This document shows positions 1-7,199 of a DNA stretch of 55,862 nt, one piece after another (position 1 is the stretch's first letter; every line of letters starts with the position of its first letter). The stretch comes from a virus. A model generated the notes under the pieces. It searched no databases and had not been told where the DNA came from. It saw nothing but the letters and a program-made list of their open reading frames with translations. The position numbers and the translations under genes are program-made. Where the stretch lies: positions 1 through 55,862 of the IMG/VR virus record IMGVR_UViG_3300045988_011856. One strand, given 5' to 3'.

Positions 1-99
1 CTTTTTTTCTAAGACATTCCACAGCTTGGAAAAGTCAATATATCCGTTTGCACCATAATTCGCCATGCGTCACACCTCTTTTCTTTTTATATATGATAA
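1..99. repeat. Terminal direct repeat copy 1 (identical to 55764-55862); assembly overlap of a circular or circularly permuted genome
   Basis: First 99 nt and last 99 nt of the window are the same string. Positions 1-66 duplicate the 5' end of the minus-strand XRE gene 55608..55829. Confidence 0.95.
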
Positions 100-260
100 T
101 AGATTTTTCACACCATGTCAACGTCTATTCTCATGTATCATATTGCACAATAAACTGCTGTTTTGTGTCGTCTATTTTCGTGTATTGTGTCAATTGTATT
201 ATAATCTATTATCGTGTACTATTAGTATATCAAATGAAACACGAAAGCGAGGAAAACAAC

Positions 261-650
261 ATGACAAAATTTAAAATTGATAACAACAAAATTTATAGCA
301 CTTCTACACTTTGTGAAAAAACAGATATTTTTGAAATCGTGGAAAAAATCCCGGTTGGATTTTTCATATGGAATATCGGCGAAAACATGGGAACGCATGA
401 ATATATTCCAGTTTGCGAAGATTTACACCCGGAAGATAAAGAAAATTACGAGATCAACACGGCAACACTTAAAGCCGTAAAAGTTACACCGGACGAATGG
501 AAAAAACTTGATAAAGCGGCATCTTGGGGAGTTGGAAACCTTGAACAAGCAGAAAAAGCATTAAAAAGCAAGCGCAAAGGCTATACAGCAGACAGAAAAA
601 GAGCCGCGGCAGAACTCACAATTGAAATTTTCCGCAGAATTTGCGAATAG
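261..650 (+). CDS. hypothetical protein
   Basis: ORF 48..650 trimmed to ATG 261 (MTKFKIDNNK), which follows GAGGAA at 248-253. The upstream part of the ORF lies over a promoter-like AT-rich region. Confidence 0.6.
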   Translation: MTKFKIDNNKIYSTSTLCEKTDIFEIVEKIPVGFFIWNIGENMGTHEYIPVCEDLHPEDKENYEINTATLKAVKVTPDEWKKLDKAASWGVGNLEQAEKALKSKRKGYTADRKRAAAELTIEIFRRICE

Positions 651-719
651 TCGAAACCGCCACCCGGCGGTCTGCAGGAACTGCCCCACCTGCACTGATG
701 AGACAGGGCAAAAGAAAGG

Positions 720-1007
720 ATGGTTGATTATATGACAAAAGCGGAACTACTGAAAGAATTTGACAGATTGGAAAAGGAAAAAGGAGTGCACATTGATGGA
801 ATTTATTACAATAGCAAGAAAAGCACCATAGAAAACGCTATAGAATGCCTAAAATGCCCGGATGAACTTTTAAACAAGTATTTAACCGTTGTAAGCCTCA
901 AATACCCAAATAGCGGGCGCGTGATTACTGAAAACGGAGATTTTAAGCGGCACAGCCACAACAGATTGTATGTATTTAATACGGCGCGCATGATTTTAGC
1001 AAATTAA
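720..1007 (+). CDS. hypothetical protein
   Basis: Intact ORF followed directly by a hairpin plus T-run. Start is ATG 720 or ATG 732. Confidence 0.6.
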   Translation: MVDYMTKAELLKEFDRLEKEKGVHIDGIYYNSKKSTIENAIECLKCPDELLNKYLTVVSLKYPNSGRVITENGDFKRHSHNRLYVFNTARMILAN

Positions 1008-1050
1008 GCAAGGCTGGCTTTCCCGGGGTTCGATTCCCCGGCTTGCTTTT
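1007..1050 (+). terminator. Intrinsic terminator shaped like a tRNA acceptor/T-arm minihelix
   Basis: Outer stem AGCAAG/CTTGCT and inner stem CCGGGG/CCCCGG close the loop TTCGATT (T-loop consensus), followed by TTTT. Confidence 0.6.
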
Positions 1051-1092
1051 ACCCGGAACAACCGGAAAATTGAAACATGGAGGTAAAACAGG

Positions 1093-1266
1093 ATGAAAAA
1101 AGAAAACAAAGAGATCTTGCGCACATACAGAAGATTGTTGCGCGAATTTGACAAATCAGAAACGTATACAGAGTGGATAAAAAGACGGTGCAAGGTTCTT
1201 GCAGAAGCTCCGCTTTGCGTATCTGCTAGAACATTTCACAAGCTTGTAAAAAGCATATGCTTATAG
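1093..1266 (+). CDS. hypothetical small protein (57 aa, MKKENKEILRTYRRLL...)
   Basis: ATG 9 nt after GGAGG (1079-1083). Below the length cutoff of the ORF track. Followed by a terminator. Confidence 0.5.
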   Translation: MKKENKEILRTYRRLLREFDKSETYTEWIKRRCKVLAEAPLCVSARTFHKLVKSICL

Positions 1267-1289
1267 GGCGGTACCATTCCGCCCTTTTT
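1266..1289 (+). terminator. Rho-independent terminator
   Basis: GGGCGG-7 nt-CCGCCC followed by TTTTT. Confidence 0.7.
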
Positions 1290-1396
1290 CGCGTGTTGGC
1301 TTTGTTGCAGGCAATAGCACATTGACAAGTATATATGCGGTTGTGCGCGATTATTTAGCCTTATGCAGCCACAAATACGCGTAGGCATGGCATAGC

Positions 1397-1425
1397 TTGA
1401 CAAGCGCAACAAATGCGCATACAAT
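1397..1425 (+). promoter_or_regulatory. Near-consensus sigma-A-type promoter
   Basis: TTGACA (1397-1402), 17-nt spacer, TACAAT (1420-1425). Followed by a GC-rich leader of about 150 nt before ATG 1582. Confidence 0.55.
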
Positions 1426-1581
1426 GGAATATAAGCATATTCTAACGGCACAAGTACGCCCACGCATGGCGCGATCGTTCCAAGGCTTTGCAGGATCAGC
1501 CGGAAGCGGTTCGATCTGTGCACGCTCGCGGTCAACCATCTATAGTTGTATGAATTTTCACGCAATTCTGCCTGCTACAAG

Positions 1582-1758
1582 ATGTATGATTCGGTTGACA
1601 GTCTTAAGGATGTGTTGAGTGAGAGACTGTATAACGACATTAGCGATAAGATAAGGGATGGCATTTGCGACGTTCAAGAAGCAGCTTTTATTGCAGGATT
1701 CGCGTGTTGCGCAAAGTTTCTTACAAATGGCAAAACAGACTTGTTACCAAACGAGTAA
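1582..1758 (+). CDS. hypothetical small protein
   Basis: ORF 1546..1758 (TTG) trimmed to ATG 1582. No clear RBS. Followed by a strong terminator. Confidence 0.45.
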   Translation: MYDSVDSLKDVLSERLYNDISDKIRDGICDVQEAAFIAGFACCAKFLTNGKTDLLPNE

Positions 1759-1766
1759 TATATTTA

Positions 1767-1800
1767 TCCGGCGGCGATTCAAACCGCCGGATTTATTTTT
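1767..1800 (+). terminator. Rho-independent terminator (bidirectional shape)
   Basis: TCCGGCGG-9 nt-CCGCCGGA followed by a T-rich run. Confidence 0.7.
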
Positions 1801-1948
1801 GTTGTAGCGCAACGATGTTTTCTTTTGTAAAGTTTATTGACCGCGCCACATAATCACTTTTCCCCAACTCTTCTATCAGCTTCTCTCTCGTCATTTCCGG
1901 ATTTGTCCGGCGCACATACTGCAAGAGTTCTGTAATTTTATCCATCAT
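1793..1948 (-). CDS. hypothetical small protein (51 aa, MMDKITELLQYVRR...)
   Basis: GGAGG upstream. ATGA overlap with the stop of the 1945..2262 gene. Below the track cutoff. Confidence 0.5.
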   Translation of the reverse strand: MMDKITELLQYVRRTNPEMTREKLIEELGKSDYVARSINFTKENIVALQQK

Positions 1949-2262
1949 GCAACCTCCATAATTTTTAGCAATAATCTGTCTGCGATTTTAAACACTTCTC
2001 TTCCGTATGTAGCCAAGAAGTCTGCTACGATTTCCTCGGTGCCAATATCCATGTATACATTATACGAAAGACAGAACGCATGACATAATTCGTGACATAG
2101 CACTTTGTCTAAAAATCCACCGAGCAGATCATCCGCGATATAGATTGTTTGCGTGTTCCGGTCTGTCATACCTACAGTCCTGCTACCATCGCTACGCATT
2201 AGCATAGGGTTCTGACGCGATATTTTGACTATTTCCCACGTTTTATTATTAATCTTGAACAT
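1945..2262 (-). CDS. putative zinc metallopeptidase (HExxH)
   Basis: Contains the HELCH motif. Start trimmed to MFKINNK after GAGGTG. Confidence 0.55.
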   Translation of the reverse strand: MFKINNKTWEIVKISRQNPMLMRSDGSRTVGMTDRNTQTIYIADDLLGGFLDKVLCHELCHAFCLSYNVYMDIGTEEIVADFLATYGREVFKIADRLLLKIMEVA

Positions 2263-2273
2263 CTTTATCACCT

Positions 2274-2299
2274 CAAAAAGAAAGGGGCGAAATCGCCCC
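2274..2299 (-). terminator. Rho-independent terminator
   Basis: On the minus strand: GGGGCGA-TT-TCGCCCC followed by TTTCTTTTT. Confidence 0.75.
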
Positions 2300-2304
2300 A
2301 ATTC

Positions 2305-2985
2305 TTACATTTTAGTTACCAACGCGGTCAGTTTACGTTTTGTCAAATCTTTCTCTTCTGGTGACATTCCTGCGATCAGTTCCGTCACATCCTCGGAAAG
2401 AGACTTCATGTACTTTTCGAGTTCCTTCATTTTGGCATCCTTGTCCGCAGTAGAATCGCCATGATGCATCTCCTTGGTCTCAATATAACTTCTTCTGTTT
2501 ACTCCGGCGCGTCCTTCTCTCACATCGTGCATATCAGCTTTCATTCCATCATCATGCATTGGCTCGGTAAAGAACATTCTACCAAGCATAGCGCGGTCAA
2601 GGTCTCTCATGCGTTCAGCTTCTGGCATGGATTCCCACTCTCGGTAATCTTCCGGCATCTGGTGATAATATGGAGGTTCTACATATCCTCTGCGTGTTCC
2701 GCGCCCTTTCGGTGCAAATCTGCCGTTTGCATAGCGGTAATGGTCGTAATATCTTCTGTCCGGATAATCTTCGTACTGTTCAAGCATACGCATAATATCC
2801 TCATTATCTTCAGACTTTTTCATGGCTTCAACAATGTTATAGTCCTTGTCAAAGCATACGATGTTCTTTGCAATTTCCGTCCAATCCTTGAGATCATCAA
2901 GGTTTTGTCCCTCAAAATTCTCGATTCCAATGCCGTCAACGTGGGCTTTCACGCAATCCATAATCTGTTTCGCAAACTTATGCAT
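2305..2985 (-). CDS. hypothetical protein, charged and Tyr/Arg/Asp-rich
   Basis: Intact ORF in an operon with its neighbours. Confidence 0.65.
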   Translation of the reverse strand: MHKFAKQIMDCVKAHVDGIGIENFEGQNLDDLKDWTEIAKNIVCFDKDYNIVEAMKKSEDNEDIMRMLEQYEDYPDRRYYDHYRYANGRFAPKGRGTRRGYVEPPYYHQMPEDYREWESMPEAERMRDLDRAMLGRMFFTEPMHDDGMKADMHDVREGRAGVNRRSYIETKEMHHGDSTADKDAKMKELEKYMKSLSEDVTELIAGMSPEEKDLTKRKLTALVTKM

Positions 2986-2989
2986 AATA

Positions 2990-3409
2990 TCAAGCCTCCC
3001 TTACTGCAATCAAATTACTGTTCTGCACCTCGATAGCCTGTGTAGACGTATTCTGCACGGCTACGGTACTGCAACAGCTGCAAGGCACATCAACGTATGT
3101 CTGTGCCGATACATTAAAGAAATTCTCAACTGCCGCTGGCGTTACAATCATCTTTGTTGACTGCAAAGGCTCTCCGTCAACCGCGATTGCAAGCGAAATC
3201 TCTCCGACTGTTCCGCCTGTCGGAATCTGAATGTTGCCGGAATACGATACCAAAAATCTAGCCTTGCACTGATTGGTGATACCTCTTAATTTTATAATTC
3301 CACTTCCCTGTCTGTGCACAATACATTTACTACCGCAAACCGGTGTTTCTGTAAATGCCACATCTTCGCCGGCGGCAACTGTTTGTAATGCAATTCCTGT
3401 TACTTCCAT
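2990..3409 (-). CDS. hypothetical protein resembling BclA C-terminal / exosporium BxpB-type (C1q/TNF-like) small domains
   Basis: Start MEVTGIALQ after GAGAGG. The pattern of short beta-strand motifs (GIIKLRG, FLVSYSGNIQ, ISLAIAVDG, VAVQNTS) was recognised by eye only. Confidence 0.5.
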   Translation of the reverse strand: MEVTGIALQTVAAGEDVAFTETPVCGSKCIVHRQGSGIIKLRGITNQCKARFLVSYSGNIQIPTGGTVGEISLAIAVDGEPLQSTKMIVTPAAVENFFNVSAQTYVDVPCSCCSTVAVQNTSTQAIEVQNSNLIAVREA

Positions 3410-3578
3410 TATTTTTACCTCTCTTTCATAAAATAAGGGCAAACCATACAAGTCTGCCCTTTAAATTTAAGTAATACTGCATAGCAGACATAATCTTTCG
3501 AGTTTTCTTTCGAGTGGAACTCAAAAGCACTCATCCGATCAAGATACTTAATTATTTATTTTTTCGTAGCTGCTACTT

Positions 3579-4364
3579 TTAGCAGCCACATCCTGTATTA
3601 CATCCGCATCCATATGCATAAGCATTTGGGTTAGGTACGACATATGCCGGAATAGCAGACGGATTTACTGCATTGATAATCTGCTGAGTCTGAGCTGCCA
3701 TCTGAGTTGTAAGTAGTGCGCTCTGACGATCCTGTGAAGCTGCTCTGCGAAGGTCGCTATTTTCTGCCTGTAAGCTAGAAATCTTTTCGTTGCAGAGATA
3801 ATCAAGAATAGCGCGAGTTCCGGCATTCTGACTGTCGATAATGTCTCTTGTGTTGGTGTTCATGGTGTTCTGCAATGCGCAAGTGTTCTGTGCCATATTG
3901 TAGTTAACACCTTGAATAGCTTCTCTTGTTTCGCAGCAGCAATTAGCAAGCTGAGTCTGTAAAGCATTCTGTCCTTGCATTAATGCAACATTTGTAGTGT
4001 TGAATCCCTGCTGAGTCTGATAACCTAAGTTACAGATAGCGTTGTCTACTCCGTGGAATCCGTTCATGATCGCAGTATTCTGCGCATAGAATCCGTCACA
4101 GAGTCCATTTGTGATTCCGTCAAGTTTGGAAAGAACTGCCTGGTTGTCAAATCCTCGCTGAATAGCCGAGTCGGTGTAAGCAGAAGCGGTAGAGTTCATT
4201 CCTCCGCCGTTGTTGCCCCAGCCTCCGTTACCCCATCCGCCAAAAATTGCGAAAAGAATAATTAAAACCCACCAGCCGTTGCCGTCTCCCCATGCTCCGT
4301 CATTTCTGTTGTTTCCTGTCACTGCCGCAATATCGGCAAGTGATGGTGAAGCTGAATTAAACAT
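3579..4364 (-). CDS. membrane-anchored Gly/Trp-, Gln/Asn- and Cys-rich protein of unknown function
   Basis: N-terminal TM segment WWVLIILFAIFGGW followed by GNGGWGNNGGG. Q/N-rich core with a CCC motif. C-terminus is GCGCNTGCGC. Confidence 0.7.
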   Translation of the reverse strand: MFNSASPSLADIAAVTGNNRNDGAWGDGNGWWVLIILFAIFGGWGNGGWGNNGGGMNSTASAYTDSAIQRGFDNQAVLSKLDGITNGLCDGFYAQNTAIMNGFHGVDNAICNLGYQTQQGFNTTNVALMQGQNALQTQLANCCCETREAIQGVNYNMAQNTCALQNTMNTNTRDIIDSQNAGTRAILDYLCNEKISSLQAENSDLRRAASQDRQSALLTTQMAAQTQQIINAVNPSAIPAYVVPNPNAYAYGCGCNTGCGC

Positions 4365-4434
4365 TTAATTACCTCCATATGTGTTTATTTACAAATGGGA
4401 TAACCGGTCATTGTGTGCGCACTCCCAAAATGTA

Positions 4435-4665
4435 CTAATTCATGCCAAACTGATTCATAATTCTATTTTTCATTTCATCCGGCGTTGTTCCGCGCTCCCT
4501 GCAGATATTCTCGGCAAGCTTCTTAAGACCATCAGAATCTCCGTTCTGCATCATCTGCATAGCATTTTTAGCCATAGGATTATTCATAACTTGGCTATTG
4601 CTTGCCATTTGTTGTAAAAGTGCTTGCGGATTTCTTATCGCTTGCATCATCTGGATAGGATTCAT
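4435..4665 (-). CDS. hypothetical Met/Gln/Asn-rich small protein
   Basis: Trimmed to MNPIQMMQ after GGAGCG. Confidence 0.6.
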   Translation of the reverse strand: MNPIQMMQAIRNPQALLQQMASNSQVMNNPMAKNAMQMMQNGDSDGLKKLAENICRERGTTPDEMKNRIMNQFGMN

Positions 4666-4687
4666 AAAATCACGCTCCATTCTTGGA

Positions 4688-5185
4688 CTAATCTTGGACT
4701 AAATTTGAACTGCTTTTAGTCCTAGCCGACTTTGTTGTAGTCTTTGCCGGCTCTCCGTTAATAAGTTGACCTATCTTATCCGAAAGTTCATCAAATCTAC
4801 TCATAATTGCCTTTGTAGCATCGTCAGATAAGCCAATTTTCAATTTTTCTTCCTCATTTTTGGAATTGCTAGTGTTATCTTCCAAAATAGGCTTATAGGC
4901 TAAAATACGAGTTCTACCCTCATTTACAATCCACTGTTTTGCGAAGATCTCAGTACCGTCAGCTTTTGGGAAAAAGTACATCCCACCATCCATAGGAACA
5001 TCCATGCTTCTTACCATCTCAACACTATCAACAATCTTGCCAAGCACATTCATAGGTTGTTGCATGGTCTGTTGCGGTTGTGGCATCTCCTGCGGTTGCT
5101 GAAATCGCATCATCGGATTGTACTGATAAGCCGCATAACTCGGGTTCGGGTTATACGTCATATTCGGATTTTGCATCGGATACAT
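4688..5185 (-). CDS. hypothetical protein with Pro/Gln/Met-rich N-terminus
   Basis: RBS GAGGAGGAG upstream of ATG 5185. Confidence 0.65.
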   Translation of the reverse strand: MYPMQNPNMTYNPNPSYAAYQYNPMMRFQQPQEMPQPQQTMQQPMNVLGKIVDSVEMVRSMDVPMDGGMYFFPKADGTEIFAKQWIVNEGRTRILAYKPILEDNTSNSKNEEEKLKIGLSDDATKAIMSRFDELSDKIGQLINGEPAKTTTKSARTKSSSNLVQD

Positions 5186-5303
5186 CTTTCTCCTCCTCTA
5201 ACACTTCTTGTATTGCGTGGATCATAGCCGATTGATAAACCAAAGGAACTTTTGATACATCTTCTCGGCTTAATATTTTTTCCAAAACATTGTCTGAAAA
5301 CAT
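5151..5303 (-). CDS. possible small protein (50 aa, MFSDNVLEKILSRED...)
   Basis: GGAGGG 7 nt upstream of the ATG. Overlaps the start of the next gene by 35 nt. Confidence 0.35.
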   Translation of the reverse strand: MFSDNVLEKILSREDVSKVPLVYQSAMIHAIQEVLEEEKDVSDAKSEYDV

Positions 5304-5493
5304 TCCGCATCCCTCCTATGTCTATATTTTTGCATAAAAAAATACGGTCATTCCGCAACAAATCCGCAGAAAAACCGCAATAAAAAAAGACGCTCAATGC
5401 GTCCAAACTTCTATAGTAATCATATTCAATTAACTTTTAGCACTTGTACAAGAAACTCCTTTCTCTAGTAAAATCAAGGCTTCCGAGCCTTTT

Positions 5494-5523
5494 TTGATTA
5501 CCTTTTGATTACTTTTTGATTAC
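5494..5523 (+). repeat. Three direct TTGATTAC repeats (candidate integrase arm-type sites, P arm)
   Basis: TTGATTAC at 5494, 5505 and 5516, spaced 11 bp apart. Confidence 0.6.
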
Positions 5524-5575
5524 TCTCTTTCCCCTAATCTATAGAAAACCTTGATTTTATGCGGTTTTCCGAAAG

Positions 5576-5640
5576 CCAATAAGGGGATTCGAACCCTTGC
5601 ACAAAGCATCAACTTTTCAGTGTTTATGCGGCTTGTAGCG
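5576..5640 (-). other. attP core candidate: 3' fragment of a tRNA gene
   Basis: The minus strand reads ...CTGAAAAGTTGATGCTTTGTGCAAGGGTTCGAATCCCCTTATTGGC. It has a T-arm with the TTCGAAT loop and a 3' acceptor strand but no 5' half. It lies next to the integrase 3' end. Confidence 0.55.
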
Positions 5641-5648
5641 TTTTTACT

Positions 5649-5687
5649 TTGATTACTTTTGATTACTTTTTTCAAAATAGTAATCAA
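5649..5687 (+). repeat. Two direct and one inverted TTGATTAC repeat (candidate arm-type sites, P' arm)
   Basis: TTGATTAC at 5649 and 5659. GTAATCAA at 5680. Confidence 0.6.
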
Positions 5688-5691
5688 ACGA

Positions 5692-6909
5692 CTAACTTGT
5701 TCGTGCTTTGAAGTCTGGTATACTACTTAAAATATCTGACTTTTTCTCGATAGATCTGCGGTTTCTGTGGTAATGTTCCTCTGTAGTTCCTAGGCTTGCG
5801 TGCCCCATCTGACCAAGGATCAACCGCTCGTCAATATTGTTGTCAAGAAGGATGGTTCCGTATGTCTTTCGGATCTTATGTGGAGACTTTCGATAGATTC
5901 CTAACTTATCGCACAATCTCTGTAATCGCATTCTTACACAATTCGCATTCAAGCGCTCTCCATTTTCTTTAATGAACACAAATTCTTCAAATGGATTCGT
6001 TTTTCTGATCCTATCACACAACCACTCGTAGTCCTTTGGGATGATAATTGTTCTTGCCCCAGCTCTCGTCTTTGGGAAATCCTTTATCGCAACCGTATAT
6101 TTTGCATCGTCCTCTCCACGATACCTTGTTTCGGTTCGCCGAACCTTGACCGTATTACCGTCAAAATCATCATGTTTTAGGCACACAACCTCTCCGATTC
6201 TCATTCCGGTCACGAACATTAGAAGTATTGCTATGTTTGATAAATCAAGGTTGCATTCCAAATATTTAATCATAATATCAGTTTCATTCTCGTCAAAAAC
6301 CTCTTCGTAATCTTCCTTGATCGTTCGTTTGAAATCGGAATCAGATGTATCAAGCTCCTCAAACAATTCTTCAACATTAAAATCAATCAACTTCCGCTTT
6401 TTGGCTCGTTTCAGAAACCCTTTGGTTATCCCTTTTAGTCCGGAAAACGCCTTTGCCGTCAAGTTAAACTTCGGAATCTGTTCTTCTAGGAAATCTCCCC
6501 ATTCATCTTCCGATATTGATTTTATGTGCCTTTTACCCATTTGTTTAAAGTGCCTTTGATAAAAGTTGCGATTCCTTTGGTGCGTTGCATTTCCAATCTT
6601 GTTCAGTGCCAACCGCCTGTCGTTCCACTCTTCAAACACTTCATCAATGGTTGGATTTTCTTCTTGAATCTGTAAATAATCGATAACCTCATTTTCAATA
6701 TCGACCCTATCTTTTTTCTTAAGTAGCTTTCTCCCTTTCTCCTTGCATGGAATATAGGTTCTCCAATACCCATCTTTCCCTTCCCATATATCATATGGGT
6801 GTTTCTTTAGTATCTTTTCTCTTTTGTTCATTTCAACTTGTTCTTGCACAAGTGCTATGTCGAGAATACCACTATCAACGGCATATTTCAACAGTTCTTT
6901 TTCATCCAA
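5692..6909 (-). CDS. int: tyrosine recombinase / phage integrase
   Basis: C-terminal catalytic signature: RIGEV..., HKIRKT, GHASLGTTEEHYHRN (R...HxxR...H...Y). Confidence 0.9.
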   Translation of the reverse strand: MDEKELLKYAVDSGILDIALVQEQVEMNKREKILKKHPYDIWEGKDGYWRTYIPCKEKGRKLLKKKDRVDIENEVIDYLQIQEENPTIDEVFEEWNDRRLALNKIGNATHQRNRNFYQRHFKQMGKRHIKSISEDEWGDFLEEQIPKFNLTAKAFSGLKGITKGFLKRAKKRKLIDFNVEELFEELDTSDSDFKRTIKEDYEEVFDENETDIMIKYLECNLDLSNIAILLMFVTGMRIGEVVCLKHDDFDGNTVKVRRTETRYRGEDDAKYTVAIKDFPKTRAGARTIIIPKDYEWLCDRIRKTNPFEEFVFIKENGERLNANCVRMRLQRLCDKLGIYRKSPHKIRKTYGTILLDNNIDERLILGQMGHASLGTTEEHYHRNRRSIEKKSDILSSIPDFKARTS

Positions 6910-7115
6910 TCAAATACCCCCGTTCTTTCTATTTTATCCTTTATATCTCTCACTCTGTACTCTATCGTTCTTAGTGATAGATTTTCTTTTGTGGATATTT
7001 GCTTTTGTGAAAAACCACGGCAGAGAAGAGAGAAAATCCTCTCCTCCTCTTCCGTGAAATTGGCATTTTCTTTAATGTATTCAAGTTCTGGCTTAATGAA
7101 TTTTGTAAATTTCAT
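6888..7115 (-). CDS. LuxR/GerE-type (sigma-70 region 4-like) HTH protein
   Basis: FTEEEERIFSLLCRGFSQKQISTKENLSLRTIEYRVRDIKDKI matches the LuxR-type HTH pattern. Overlaps the int start by 22 nt. Confidence 0.6.
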   Translation of the reverse strand: MKFTKFIKPELEYIKENANFTEEEERIFSLLCRGFSQKQISTKENLSLRTIEYRVRDIKDKIERTGVFDWMKKNC

Positions 7116-7199
7116 AAGCCATTTCTCCTTATTTTATTTGTTGATATTTATATGTTTTCAATATTAAAAACATAATAATAATTGATAAAATCTATAAAA

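Noticed and set aside
1236-1618. Three overlapping ORFs (1236..1565, 1351..1539 and 1397..1618).
   Set aside because: They are mutually exclusive, lack an RBS and lie in a GC-rich segment directly downstream of a consensus promoter. The segment is more likely a non-coding leader.
5494-5687. Short TTGATTAC repeats as a possible CRISPR array or satellite.
   Set aside because: The units are only 8 bp with spacers of 2-3 bp and flank a tRNA fragment next to int. This fits recombinase arm sites, not CRISPR.
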